A stretch of DNA of 64,000 nt, taken from positions 97,342,001-97,406,000 of the forward strand of contig NC_058372.1 of the NCBI RefSeq assembly GCF_018350175.1, read 5' to 3'. The notes below the pieces were generated by a model, which ran no database searches, was not told the origin of the DNA, and saw only the letters and a list, made by a program, of their open reading frames with translations. Shown piece by piece: positions 22,757 through 36,367 of the stretch. A program made the translations under genes and the position numbers. This DNA comes from Felis catus (lineage: Eukaryota). Each line of letters opens with the position of its first letter. Within the stretch, counting starts at the first letter, position 1.

Positions 22757-25700
22757 TTTTTTAAGTTTTTATTTTAATTCCAGTTCATTAACGTACAGTG
22801 TTATATTAGTTTCAAGTATACAATATAGTGATATAATACTTACATACATCACCCAGTGCTCATCATGGCAAGTGCACTCCTTAATCCCCATCACCTACTT
22901 AGCCCATCCTTCACCACCTCCCTGCTGGTAACCATCAGTTTGTAATTAAGAGTCTGTTTCTTGATTTGTCTGTCTCTTTTTTTCCATTTGCTTGTTTGTT
23001 TTGTTTCTTAAATTCCACATTTGTCTAAAACCATGGTATTTGTCTTTCTCTGACTTATTTCACTTAGCATTGTACTCACCAGCTCCATTCATGTCATTGC
23101 AAATGGCAAGACTTCATTCTTTTTTATGGCTACATAATACTCCATTGTGTGTATATGCCACATCTTCTTTATCTATTCATCAATTAATTGTAAATAATGC
23201 TGCTATAAATACAGGGGAGCATGTATCCCTTTGAATTAGTGTTTTTGTATTCTTTCAGTAAATATCCACTAGTGTGATTTCTGGTTTGGAGGGTAGTTCT
23301 ATTTTTAACTTTTGGTGGAACCTCCATACTGTTTGCCACAGTGGTTGCACCAGTTTGCATTCCCTCAAACAGTGCATGAGGGTTCCTTTTTTTCCACATC
23401 CTAGCCAACACCTGTTGTTTCTTGTGTTGTTGATTTTAGCCATTCTGACAGATGTGAGGTGCTATCTCACTGTACTTTTAATTTGCATTTCCCTGATGGT
23501 AAGTGATGGTGCATATCTTTTCATGTGTCTGTTGGCCATCTGAATGTCTTCTGTGGATAAATGTCTATTTGTGTCTTCTGCCCGTTTTTTAATTGAATTA
23601 TTTTTTGGGGGGGGGTGTTGAGTTGTATATGTTCTTTATAGATTTTGGATACTAACCCTTTATCAGATGTGTCATTTGCAAATATCTTCTCCCATTCCTT
23701 AGGTTATCTTTTAGTTTTGTTGATTGTTTTCTTTGTTGTGCAGAAGCTTTTCATTTTGATGGAGTCCCAATAGTTTATTTTTGCTTTTGTTTCCCTTGTC
23801 TCAGGAGGCATATCTAGAAAAAAAGTTGATACAGCTGATGTCAAAGAAGTTACTGCTGTGTTCTTTGCTACAATTTTTATAGTTTCATGTCTCACATTTA
23901 GGTCTTTAATCCATTTTGAATTTTTTGTGTAAATGGTGTAAGAAAGTAGTCCAATTTCATTCTTTTGCATGTTGCTGTCCAGTTTTCCCAGCACCATTTG
24001 TTGAAGAGACTGTCTTTTTCCCACTGGATATTCTTTCCTGCTTTATTGAAAATTAATTGACCATATAGTTGTGGGTTTCTTTCTGGGTTTTCCATTGTCT
24101 TCTATTTAACTATGTGTATTTTTGCCAGTACCATACTGTTTTGATTACTACAGCTTTGTAATATAACTTGAAGTCTGGAATTGTGATACCTGTAGCTTTT
24201 CTTTTCTTTTTCAAGATTTCTTTGCCTATTTGGGGTCTTTTGTGGTTCCATGCAAATTTTGGAATTGTTTGTTTCAGTTCTGTGAAAAATATTGGTGGTA
24301 TTTTGATAGGGATTGCATTAAATGTGTAGATCACTTTGGGTAGTATAGACATTTTAACAATATTTGTTGTGCCAATTTGTAAGTATGGAATGTTTTTCCA
24401 TTTCTTTGTGTCATTTCAATTTCTTTCATCAATGTTTCATAGTTTTCAGAGTACAGGTTTTTCACCTCTTTGGTTGGGTTTATTCCTAGGTATGTATCTT
24501 ACTGTTTTTGGTATATTTGTAAATGGGATTGTTTTCTTAATTTCTCTTCTGCCTCATTATTTGTGTGTATAAATGCAACAGATTTCTGTGTATTGATTTT
24601 GTATCCTGCGACCTTACTGAATTTATTTATCGGTTCCAGCATTTTTTTGGTGGGGTCTTTCAGGTTTTCTATATAATGTCATCTGCAAATGATGAAAACC
24701 TTACTTCTTCCTTACCAACTGGATGCCCTTTATTTCTTTTTGTTTTTTGTGTGATTGCTGTGGCTAGGACTTATAGTACTCTGTTAAAAGGTAGTGAGAG
24801 TGGACATCCTTGTCTTGTAGATCTTCAGGTAAAATCTCTTAGTTTTTTTCTGATTGAGGACGATGATAGCTCTGGGTTTTTTCCATATATGGCCTTTATT
24901 ATGTTGAGGCATGTTCCCTTTGAATCTATTTTATTGAGGGTTTTTATCGTGAATGGATGTTCTACTTTGTCAAATGCTTTTTCTGCATCTATTGAAATGA
25001 TCATATGCTTCTTATCCTTTCTCTTATTGATGTGATTGGTTTGCAAATATTAAACCACTCCTGCAACCTAGGAATAAATCCCACTTGATCACGGTGAATG
25101 ATTTTTTAATGCATTGTTGAATTTGTTTTGCTAGTATTTTATTGAGGATTTTTACATCTATTTTCATCAGATACATTGGCTTGTAGTTTTCTTTTTTTGT
25201 GATGTCTTTAACTGGATTTGGTATCAGGGTAATGCTGGTCTCATGGAATGAATTTGGAAGTTTCTTTCCTTTTCTAGTTTTTGGAATAGTTTGAGAATTA
25301 TAGGTATTAACTCCTGTTTACATTTTTGGTAGAATTTACCTGTGAAACCTTCTGGTTCTGGACTTTTTGTTTGTTGGGAGTTTTTGATTACTTATTGAAT
25401 TTCTTTTCTGGTTATAAGTCTGTTCAAATGTTCTATCTCTTCTAAGAATTTATCCATTTCTCCTAGGTTGTCCAATTTGTTGGCATATAGTTTTTCATAA
25501 TATTCTCTTATAATTGTTTATATTTCTGTGGTGTTGGTTGTTATTTCTTCTGACTTGCTTGTGATTCTATTTGAGTCCTTTCTCTTTTTTTCTTGATAAA
25601 TTTGGCTAGAGGTTTGTCCATTTTACTGATTTTTTGGTTTCATTGATCTGTTCTGTTATATTGTTTTTAGTTCCATATCATTTATTTCTGCTCTAATCTT

Positions 25701-26925
25701 TATTATTACCTTCCTTCTCCTGGTTTTAGATTTTGTTTGTTGTTCTCTTTATAGCTCCTTTAGTTGCAAGCTTAGGTTGTTTATTTCAGATTTTTCTTCT
25801 CTTGATGTAGGCCTGTATTGCTGTAAACTTCACTCTGACTGCTTTTGCTGCATCCCAAAGATTTGGACCATTGTGTTTTCATTTTCATTTGTTTCATGTA
25901 CTGTTTAAATTTTTCTTTGATTTCCTTGTTGACCCATTCATTGTTTAGTAGCATGCTATTTAACCTCCATGTATTTATAGTCTTTCCAGATTTTTTCTTG
26001 TGTCTAACTTCTACTTTTATAGCCTTGTGGTCAGAAAAGATTCATGGTATGATTTCAGTCTTCTTGAATTTGTTGAGGCTTATTTTATGAACTAAAATGA
26101 GATCTATTCTGGGGAATGTTCCATGTGCACTTGACTAGAATGTGTATTCTGTTTTCAGATGGAATGTTCTGATTATATCTGTTAAATTCACTTGGTCCAG
26201 TGTGTCATTCAAAGCCATCGTTTCCTTGTTGATTTTTTTGTGTAGATGATCTATTGATGTAAGTAGAGTGTTAAGTATTATTGTATTATTATTATTATCT
26301 ATTAATTATTATATTGTATTATTATTGATTAATTCTTTTATGCTTGTTACTGTAATTATGTTTATTATTAACTGTTTTATGTATTTGGGTCCTTGTATGT
26401 TGGGCACATAGATATTTACAATTGTTAGGTCTTGTTGGATCGTCCCCTTGGTTAGTATATGGTGTTCTATGTCTCCTGTTACACTCTTTGTTTTAAAGTC
26501 TATTTTGTCTAATGTAAGCATTTTTACTCTGGTTTTCTTTTGATAACTATTTGCATGCTAGATGTTTCTCTGTCCCCTTACTTTTAATCTGCAAGTGTCT
26601 TTTGGTTTGAAATGGGTCTCATGTAGGCAACATATAGATGGGTCTTATTTTTTTTTGTCCATTCTTTCACCCTGTGTCTTTTGATTGAGGCACTAAGACC
26701 ATTTACATTCAAAGTAATTATTGATAGATATATATTTATTGTCATTTTATTATTTGTTTTGTGGTTGTTTGTAAAGATTTTCTCTGATCCTTACTTGCCA
26801 TTTTTTTCATGTTTTGCTGAATTGTTTAGTGATATGTTTGGATTTCTTTCTCTTTATTCTTTACATATTTATTTGTGGTTTTTGATATATGGTTACCATT
26901 AGGTTTGTATATAACCTCTTCTGCG
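22757..26925 (-). mobile_element. Older carnivore L1, 5'-truncated (3' UTR, whole decayed ORF2, part of the inter-ORF spacer), 4.2 kb
   Basis: T-rich tail at 22757; many ORF2 fragments in the ORF track; ORF2 start near 26744; possible degenerate TSD ttgga(a)tt. Confidence 0.92.
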
Positions 26926-27849
26926 ATGTTTGGATTTTTAAGGAAAATATCTGTATATCCATGTACATTAGATCCTTGTAATTACTTTAAAAATCCTCTT
27001 TGCATCTGTTTCATCTGTAAGTATTATTATAGTTATTCACTGTGGAGAATGTAGAGGTTCTTATAACCATTCTCAAAAAATGAATGTGCCATAATTCCAG
27101 TATACTCTCTTATATGACCAAGTGCTCACTTAACTGTGTTTAGAGGTCGTTAAAAAATCGTAGGCAAGAACTTCTGGTGAATTTTTAAACAGTATTTAGT
27201 AAACAATGACAAATGTTGATATAAATGTATCATAAAATCTTTGTCTGGGAAAAATAATATTAAACGACTAGTATGAAAAAATTGGTAGCTAAATAACATT
27301 TCAGGAGATGGATCTGTTGCATTGATAATTAGCATAATATTTGAATTGCAAAAAACTCTTCAATTTAATGAGTACAGCTCTTTTTCACTTAAGTGTCCTA
27401 TAAAAACCTAAAGGTTTTCAAGCCAAATGAATTTTGTTTAGAATTCCGTTTAGAAAATACTTTTCAGAGCATAAAGTTTGAATTGTATATCTTTATAAAC
27501 ACAGATTTTTAAAAAAGTTAACCCTTTGAAAAATTAACTCTTGAAGACTTATAGGTATTATTATTTGATTTTGCTGATGAGTGGAAACTTTTAATCAAGA
27601 CTACTATAAGTGGGGCTTTACATCCTACTTTACAAGTGGGTACATTGTCATGGACCCACTAAAGGGTGCACGCTTGTTAAGTTACAACTCAGAGCCTTAT
27701 GTGTCCATAACAAAGATGTTATTCTGTAATACCAAAAGGTTACCTTAACATAGATAGACTTTCATTAGTGTGATATCTTAGTGTTAATTCTATAACATTG
27801 TGTTCTTCGGTATTCCCTTTGGTATTTTTCCCAATAAATTTTAGAAGAA

Positions 27850-28360
27850 CTTATTAAGGTATAATATACAATAATTGGTACATATTTAAAGAATACAATT
27901 TATAAAATATTGGCATGTGTATACATCTGTGAAATCATCACCGAAGCCAATATAATGAACATTTCCATCACACTCAAAACTTTGCTCTCTCCCTTTTTTC
28001 ATCTGTCCCGAGTGTCACTGTCATCCTCCTTGCCCCTTCTCTAGGCAACCACTCATTTGCTTTTTGTTATTGTAGCTTTAATGTGCTTTTTCTAGAGTTT
28101 TGTATAAATGGAATCAAACAGTATGTACCCTTTTTTTTTAATGCCTGGCCTCTTACTCTGCATAATTATTTTGAGATTCATCTATTTTGTTGTATGAATA
28201 GTTTATCCTTTTTATTGCTAAGTAGTATTTCTTTGTACAAAAATGCCACAGTCTGTTTATCCACTCACCTAGTGATGGACACTTGGATTGCTTCCAGTTT
28301 TTGGCCATTGTAAATAAGGCTGAAGTTTTTAGCTTTTATGAATAAAGCTGCTATAAACAT
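27850..28360 (-). mobile_element. Ancient L1 (L1MB/MC-like) 3' end
   Basis: gaacatttccatcac...ctaggcaaccact...ataaatggaatcaaacagtatgta...ggacacttggattgcttccagttttt. Confidence 0.75.
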
Positions 28361-29305
28361 TGAGTGTATTTAAAATTATTTTTTTTTAACCACTTAGTCA
28401 TAATCATGTCTGTCAACTCTTATCATACAGCATTATTGTTATGCACCTTTCCCAGCAACTTGGTAATTAGGGAAGACTATGAAAATAGCTAATTTTATAA
28501 CTCATTTTCTACATTTTAGCCATTTTACTCATTTGAGGTATTGACTATAGGAAAGGAAAGCTCTCATTTTGAATGTTGAAATTCCAACAGTCTGGCCAGC
28601 ATTATCTTACCTTTTATGATATCTCTAAATAAAAATATTAAATGTAACTGAATTAAAGCCTCTGGTCCTTAAGTAACCAAAGAACTTTGCAAATACTTTA
28701 TACACTGTAATGATATTGTGATGGATATTTTTCTAAAGAGAATAAATGTTTCCTAATGACCATGTTTTATTTCTATAAGCAAATGTGGCAGTTGAAGTCT
28801 GTCTCAGTTATCACATTTTCTATAAACAAGGAAATCTAGAAAGAACCCTATAATGCAATATTTAAAAGAAAATTGAGACACATAATCTAATTCATGAGTT
28901 TTATTATTGAGAAATTTTTTACTGTTCACATTTTTATACTTAAAAAAAATCTCATTACTTTAGATTTTACTTTTAAGAGGAATGTTTTATATGCAATAAA
29001 AGTTCAATCTCTTGAATAAAATTCCAAGTCTTTTTTTAGAAGGGAAGAAAAAAGGAAGAGTAAAATAAAATATGCAAAATTTAAAATTTGTTGCCCCTTT
29101 TCACTTTTTTGCTCTTGATGGTATGTGTTTATGTGTGTGAATATGTGTCTAAACATACGTACACTGTGACACATGCATATATGAAAATTACCATTGTAAA
29201 GCACAAGATACGAGCAACTTATTATTTATAAATGCATTAAATTTATAGTCTATTGAGAATGGAATGTTAATTTTGGGGTAATTTCTTTTAAAGTAAAGTG
29301 GCCTT

Positions 29306-29529
29306 GGGGCGCCCCGGTGGCTTGGTTGGTTAAGCGTCCGACTTCGGCTCAGGTCATGATCTCGCAGTCTGTGAGTTCAAGCCCCGCGTCAGGCTCTGTG
29401 CTGACAGCTCAGAGCCTGGAGCCTGTTTCGGATTCTGTGTCTCCCTCTCTCTCTGCCCCTCCCCTGTTCATGCTCTGTCTCTCTCTGTCTCAAAAATAAA
29501 TAAACGTTAAAAAAATAAAATAAAAAAAA
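29306..29529 (+). mobile_element. Young CanSINE (SINEC_Fc)
   Basis: CpG-rich full body with A tail; perfect TSD aaagtggcctt. Confidence 0.95.
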
Positions 29530-30048
29530 AAAGTGGCCTTAGTGTTATTCACCTTTATGTTAAATATGTAACTTTGATACAAATATATGCACAGTTCTGT
29601 CTGTTGATGTATTTTATTAAAAGGCTAATCTTGTCATACATTTTTAATTATGTACTAAGAATTTTTACTATAGATTGAGATAGAAGACAATATAATTCCT
29701 TTACTAGTAAAATTCTATATTTTCAAATATTAAATACTTTTAAGTATATATCTTGTGTTGAGTTATTGACTTAGGAATATTTGTGATATCTTTGAAATTC
29801 TTTCATTGCTTTTTATTATACTTTAAAGTTAATTTGATTGAATGTCTTTTGATCTTCTTTCTGTAATTATTAATTTTTCTTCTTATTAAGAATGAATTTT
29901 GTGTAGTACCAGAATGGAAATCATTTTGGTTATTTTTCTTTTGGATGTTTATCTTTTTTATAAATACAAGCTGTATTTCTCAGGCCAAAATATGAGTTAA
30001 CATTGATATTAGAATATGTAAAATGCTAATATCAATTTTTTCTTTCAG

Positions 30049-30107
30049 ATCTCTATAAAAATGGACTCCAAAGAGCTAACTTTGTACCATTCATTGCTGT
30101 TCTAAAG
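30049..30107 (+). CDS. AFG1L: Next internal coding exon (59 nt) of AFG1L; probably exon 7
   Basis: Acceptor ttttttctttcag|AT and donor AAG|gtaagg. Phase-1 junction G|AT completes Asp and continues DLYKNGLQRANFVPFIAVLK, the conserved LYxNGLQR motif that follows ATSNRPPE in this family. Confidence 0.96.
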
Positions 30108-30729
30108 GTAAGGAAAATCACTTACTTGTGTTCACTGATTAATATCATATTGATTGATAATTAAGGGCTTTTATAGGATTGCCTATGGTCTTTCATTCAA
30201 GCAGAATTCATTTTGATATTAGATAGTTATAGTCAAAGACACTAAAGGAGAAAAGAATGTTTTTTATATAGTATTCATCAATGTGTACACAGGAGAAATT
30301 ATAAAATATAGTCTAAATTATTGTCTAACTGAAACATTTGATAGTTTGCATTTATAAATTCTAATTTGAGGTTTGCTCATAAATATTATAGTGCAATATT
30401 TAACCTTATACATTGATTTCTGAAAAAAATGTTTAATGTTCTCTATTTCTTTCAGGTTAATGGTCTTTAACGTGTTTTCTCAGCTATTAAAGTTGCTATT
30501 CTAGAGTAGCATTATTACAAAAATATTCTAATATATTTAAATGTGATTGCCATCAAGTTATGAAATTATGTCAAGTTGAGGCACCTAAATAGTTTAAATA
30601 TTTGTGTGTATCATCACTGCATGGAGTTTGAAATAGTCTTCATTACAAGATGATTAAGAATAAAATAGCCTCTTTTTTCACTGTTAATTTAAATAAATTT
30701 TTATACAATTATTCGATAATTCTATATTT

Positions 30730-30880
30730 TACCAATACTTATTGAGAACCTACTATGTGCAAAGTGCTACTTTGGGCATGGTGGGTAATGCAATCATGAA
30801 ATAGGCTGTTCTTGCTTACAAGTCATTTATAATCTAGTTGGGCATATAGGACATACACAAATATCTATAACACAAAGCAA
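30730..30880 (-). mobile_element. L2 3' end
   Basis: aatacttattgagaacctactatgtgcaaagtgct is the reversed L2 terminus. Confidence 0.7.
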
Positions 30881-31624
30881 AATGAAGTACCAAAAACAGT
30901 ACCAAAAATAAGCATATGTGCCAAAATATAACTCCCATAATTCTTAGGTACATAATTTTTCCCAGTCTATAGCAATATAACTGAAGAAGGGATGAGGTTG
31001 TATTATTTTTAAAAACCTAAAACCTCAAAAATTCTTATCAAGAAGGAGAAGTAAAACTATTTTTTTCTACAAGTATTCTAAAGATACAGTCAGATAGTCT
31101 TTTTCAAATTGTTGGTACCAAACTTTATTCCCTGTGCTATACTTGGGAGAATTAAAACATCTTTTTCCTTGAGCAATTTTAAGTTCCCAGAGGTTTTTAA
31201 TTTCTCTGAGATATTTATAGATGTAAGGAAAAGTACTCTTTGAAGATTTATGCTGTTAGTATTTTTTTCCCCTTTATATTCGTGTTTTGCATTTGGGGGG
31301 AAGGTAAATGTACAGTGTTTTCTTCATGCTGGGAATCCAAAGTAATTTGGTACATGTAGATACCAAAATATAAACAAGGAAGCTAAGAAAAATGGGTACT
31401 AAAAATAGTATCTTCATGTAGCATAAAATGTACAAAATGTAAAGAGAGAAGGCTCACAGAATGAAACAAGTTAAAGGTTCTCAGGGAACTTTGTATGTAT
31501 ACTTTTTTTTTTTAACCACAAACCTTATTTTTTGGCCAGTAATTTGTCATACTTTAATATATAATAGCATTATTAATAAACAACTAAATTGGCCAGATTG
31601 GGTTTAATTTTTTCCGTTTTAACC

Positions 31625-31625
31625 C

Positions 31626-31659
<34 letters not shown>

Positions 31660-31831
31660 CATATATATATATATATATGTATTGTATATATATTGTATAT
31701 ATATTGTATATATATATATATAGTATATGTATTGTGCATATATATATATTTGTAGAGAGGAATATATATCTATATATCTATATCTATATCTATCTATCTA
31801 TCTATATAGATATACACACACACATATATAT
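31625..31831. repeat. Compound (CT)n/(AT)n/(TATC)n microsatellite
   Basis: Direct reading. Confidence 0.9.
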
Positions 31832-32469
31832 TTGTAGAGGAAGAAACCCAAAGAGATAAATTATCCAAATTTGAAATTGAACAAGAACTGAAATAAATAA
31901 TGTACAATTTGAAATTGAACACAAACTAAAATTCCTAGGAAACTGAATATCTTATTGGATAAGAAAGTATTTAAAATGTCCCGTTTATTCAAAAGACTTT
32001 TCACATGTAACAAAACATCAGCCAGGTAAATATATGCTGTGGCTGGTTTCCCTGGAGCTTTTTTGGTGGGCATATGAGGTTTCCTTTGTAAGGAAAGTTT
32101 GTTTCATATTTATTTAAATGACATTTCGCCTATTCACATATGCCAGTGTTACTCTTGCATTTTGACCCAGCTGAGAGAACTGTATAGAAGAAGTCAATCT
32201 TAAAACTAATAGAGAATCTTGGTTTAATAAAAAGAGACTATAAACCAGATAGAAATTTATTTGGGGAAAAAGTACAGTGTATATTCACTTTTTCTTTTAT
32301 GTCCTCTCCTATAAACCAAGTGATAACAAATTGGTAATTCACTACAAGAACTTGTGATTTGTTGCTTGGAGTATTGCAAAAAAACAAGAGCCTATATAAG
32401 TTCTTAGTAAACAATAATATTTTTATAAGATAGTAGGAATGATGAGGAGGACTAATATGCTGTTAAAAA

Positions 32470-32860
32470 ACAAAATGTGGTATATTCATACAATGAATTA
32501 TTGTTTTGCTATAAAAAAGAAATGCAAATTTTGACATTTGCTACATTACAGATGAACCCTGAGAACAAAGGGCAAATATTATATGATTCCACTTATATGA
32601 TGTGCCTAGAAACGGCATATTCAGAGAAACAAAAGTAAAATAGAGGTTACAGGGGCTGAGAGGAGTGGGGAATGGGTAATTATTATTTCATGGGTAGAGT
32701 CTCTCTTTGGGATGATGAAAAGGTTCTGGAAATAGACATTAGTAATGGTTGTATAACATCATGAATGTACTTCATGCCATTGAATTGCACACTTAAAATG
32801 GTTAAAATGATAATGTTTTTGTTATGTATGTTTTACCACAATTTATTTAAAAAAAGAAAA
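32470..32860 (+). mobile_element. L1MB-like 3' end
   Basis: aaaatgtggtatattcatacaatg...cacttaaaatggttaaaatg...ttttaccacaa followed by an A-rich tail. Confidence 0.8.
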
Positions 32861-33049
32861 GAAAAAGCCATAGTACTGGAAAGAATATAGAAAATGTTTA
32901 GGTATTATCTCCTCTAGGAAGCCCCCTGGAGAACTCCTTCAAGCAAAGCAAGGCAAAACCAAAACAAAGCAAAACCTAACCCTTACGTATAATTTCCACT
33001 GCCATTTAAGTGGGGAGGCTCCAGTTTTGCTCTTACTTGCGTTTTCTTT

Positions 33050-33705
33050 GAATTTATCTTGCTCTTCATTTTCTAATTTACTGAGATTAATTTTTTTTAA
33101 ATCTCTTTTCAACCTTCTTTCCTAACTGCATTTAAGGCTATTTATTTTCCCGCAAATAGCTGCATTCCTTAAGTTTTTATATTTAGTATTTTCACTATTA
33201 AGTTCAGAGTATTTTCTAATTTCTATTGTGATTTCTTTTTTAACGCATGTGTTAGCTAGAAGTATGTTTTTTAATTTCCAAACAAGCATATGAAATTTCC
33301 TGTTGTTATTATTTTCTCAACAAATGCTTAATTGCGTTGTGGTGGGAGGATATGCTCCATGCAACTTAAATCCTTTAAAATTTGTTGAAATTTCCTTTAT
33401 GGCCTAATATATGGCCAATTTTTATAAAAATATTCTTTGTATTCTCGAAAATAATGAGTACTCAACTACAGTTGTATGTGATAGTATATATAACACAGTA
33501 CACTCATTAGATTGGAGTTGTTAATTGTGTTCAAATTTTTATTATTTTTTCCCATCACTTATTATGAAGCTTATGGAAAACATCTCTCACTATGATTATG
33601 AATTTATTTATTTCTCTGGTAATTCTGTCATTGACCTTAACATATTTTGAGGCTGTAAGTTGCATGCAGATTTAGAATGATTAAATATTGCTTGTGAATA
33701 GAACT
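33050..33705 (-). mobile_element. Ancient L1 ORF2 fragment
   Basis: Degenerate similarity to the reversed endonuclease region (aaatttgttgaaa...tatggcctaatatatggccaatttt). Confidence 0.55.
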
Positions 33706-33719
33706 TTTATAATGAATTT

Positions 33720-33932
33720 ATTTTTTTTCAACGTTTATTTATTTTTTGGGACAGAGAGAGACAGAGCATGAATGGGGGAGGGGCAGAGAGAGAGGGAGAC
33801 ACAGAATCGGAAACAGGCTCCAGGCTCTGAGCCATCAGCCCAGAGTCCGACGCGGGGCTCGAACTCACGGACCGCGAGATCGTGACCTGGCTGAAGTCGG
33901 ACGCTTAACCGACTGCGCCACCCAGGCGCCCC
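33720..33932 (-). mobile_element. Very young CanSINE (SINEC_Fc)
   Basis: Nearly all CpGs retained; perfect TSD tataatgaattt (33708-33719 and 33933-33944). Confidence 0.96.
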
Positions 33933-34080
33933 TATAATGAATTTTTTTACTAAGTAGTGATGCAAGCTTCTTTGTTGTTACAAGCACAGTCATAATTGTG
34001 GAAACATTTTTGTCATATCTGCTTTAAATTGCACACGCATAGGGTAATTTTATCAGATAATTTTAACATTTTTGTCATCT

Positions 34081-34295
34081 TTTTTTTTTTTTAACGTTTA
34101 TTTATTTTTGAAACAGAGAGAGACACAGCATGAACGGGGGAGGGGCAGAGAGAGAGGGAAACACAGAATCGGAAGCAGGATCCAGGCTCTGAGCCATCAG
34201 CCCAGAGCCCGACACGGGGCTCGAACTCGCGGACCGCGAGATCGTGACCTGAGCTGAAGTCGGACGCTTAACCGACTGAGCCACCCAGGCGCCCC
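34081..34295 (-). mobile_element. Young CanSINE (SINEC_Fc)
   Basis: CpG-rich, clean T tail; TSD tgtcatctt. Confidence 0.95.
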
Positions 34296-34474
34296 CTCTG
34301 TCATCTTGATGTTTTTTTACAGTGTAGGATCTTCCTAGTTTTTGGTGTGAATGAATTTATCTAGTGATTGTCTTTTTATAGTGTGAGATCTTCCTGGTTT
34401 TTGGTATGAATGAATTTCATTTGAAATTTGGACATTTTCATAATCTGTCATGAGACTTTGGATCTTATTTAAAA

Positions 34475-35090
34475 AAATTTTTTTATTGTGGTAAAGTATA
34501 TATAACATAAAATTTACCATTTGAACCATTTTTAAGTGTACAATCAGTGCCGTTAAGTACATTCACATTGTTGGGCGACCATCATCACCACCTAGCTCTA
34601 GAACTTCGTCTTCCCAAACTGAAATTCTGTACTCATTAAATAATAACTCCCCATTCTCCTCTTCTCCCAACTCCTGGTAACCATCATTCTACTTACTATC
34701 TCCATGAATTTGCCATTTTTAGGTACCTTATATAAATGGAGTCATATGATATTTGTTCTTTTGTGTCTGGGTTTTTTCACTTACATAATGTCTTCAAGGT
34801 TCATCCATGCTGTAGTATGTGTCAGATTCCATTCCTTTTTAAGGAATAAGATTCCATTATACATATATACCACTCTTTGTTCATCTGTTCATCTATTGAT
34901 GGACATTGGGTTGATTCTACCTTTTGGCTGTTGTGAATAATGCTGCTGTGAACACTTGTGTACTAATATTTGTCTGAGTCCTTTTAATTCTTCTGTGTGT
35001 AATCATTGTAGTTTTGATTCATGTTTCTCAAGTGATCAGTGATGAGTAGCATATTTTCGTGTGCTTATTGGCCATTTGTTTGTCATCTTT
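34475..35090 (-). mobile_element. L1MB-like 3' end
   Basis: ttttattgtggtaaagtatatataacataaaatttaccatt... is a reversed L1MB terminus. Confidence 0.8.
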
Positions 35091-35305
35091 AAACTTGAGT
35101 TTTAGATGGCTTTTTGGGCACTATTCTAACAGAAGGATAGGCACTGTCTAATTATTGTCTAATTATTGCTAGGGGGCAGTCCAGGTTCTTTATCAGCATC
35201 TATAGAGCAGGTACTCCTTGTTTCTGCTGGTGGAGAGGTTCCACTGACATCATCGGGGTAGGGAAGGTGGGGTGCTCATTATTGACTGGCAGGGATGAAT
35301 GTTTC

Positions 35306-35421
35306 TTTTTTTAAAAAATATTTATTTATTTAAGTAATCTCTACCCCCAACATGGAGCTCGAACTCACAACTCTGAGATCAAGAGTTGCACGCTCCACTG
35401 ACTGAGCCAGCCAGGTGCCCC
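35306..35421 (-). mobile_element. Short old CanSINE without the CT tract
   Basis: tRNA-like head and short tail; degenerate TSD aggg(a/t)tgaa(t/a)gtttc. Confidence 0.85.
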
Positions 35422-36161
35422 AGGGTTGAAAGTTTCAGTTCCCCACTTAGCCTTCTCTGATGTCACTGGCAGGAGTGTTGGGATGCCTCATTAACAGCCT
35501 TGTGAGAATGTACTTCTAGACTCCTCTCAGCCTTTGCTGGAAAGGGTGCAGGTGGCATCAGTTTTTTCCACTGCGGTGTTTGCCACAGTACAAGTTATTG
35601 TTGAAAAGTTTCTTCTTTGCTATGCTGCCATTTTCCTGGGTCCTCCCTTGTCCATGTCCATTGGCATTCTGGGATGCTGGCTTCTTCAGTTCCAAGTCTG
35701 GAATACATGAATTGAACAGAAAAGCAGAGAACTCACCATTCTGTTGTTTCTCAGGTCTTGAGATCCCTACCTCTTTTTTGTTCTACTTTTTAGTATGTAC
35801 CTATGTCTATTTTATATATGATCTCTAGGATTTTAAATTGTACATGTCAGGAGGGACAGAGAAAGGATATCTACTCCATCTTCCCAGAAGTAGAAGTCGT
35901 TTTATTAAATGTCCTTGTCTGCTAATTCCTTCATTTCTGTCATTTTGGTTTTGTTTTTGTGTTCTGATTTTAACCTTCCCGCCACCCCCCCCCCCCCCCA
36001 GTTGTGAGTCCTCCTTTCCTGATTCTTGGCAAACTTAATAGTTTGTGATTGGATGATGAACATTGTGGTGATTATATTGAGTGTTACTTCCTTTAAGGCT
36101 GTTGAATTTTATTTTGGCAAGTGGTTAAGTTGCTTGCAGATCAGCTTTATCCTTCCGAGGC

Positions 36162-36367
36162 TTTTTAATTAATGTTTATTTACTTTGAGAGAGAGAGAGC
36201 ACGCAAGTGGGAAAGGGGCAGAGAAGGAGAAAGAGAGAATCCAAGCAGGCTCTGCACTGCCAGCACAGAGCCTAATGCAGGGCTTGATCCCACAAACCTG
36301 TGAGATCATGAGCTGAGCTGAAATCAAGAGTGGGACACTTAACCAACTGAACCACCCTGGGTGCCCC
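36162..36367 (-). mobile_element. CanSINE
   Basis: Full body; TSD gaggctt. Confidence 0.9.

Larger units (their letters stand above)
4785..30048 (+). other. AFG1L: AFG1L intron, 25.3 kb, GT-AG, phase 1
   Basis: Bounded by the two exons, whose joined translation is continuous. Confidence 0.92.

Noticed and set aside
32470..35090. Inverted L1MB pair as a functional long hairpin
   Set aside because: The two ancient copies are visibly diverged, so a stable duplex is unlikely; probably independent insertions.
35306..35421. tRNA genes (also 45440-45565 and 39520-39611)
   Set aside because: tRNA-derived SINE heads with tails and TSDs; degenerate, with no intact cloverleaf evident.
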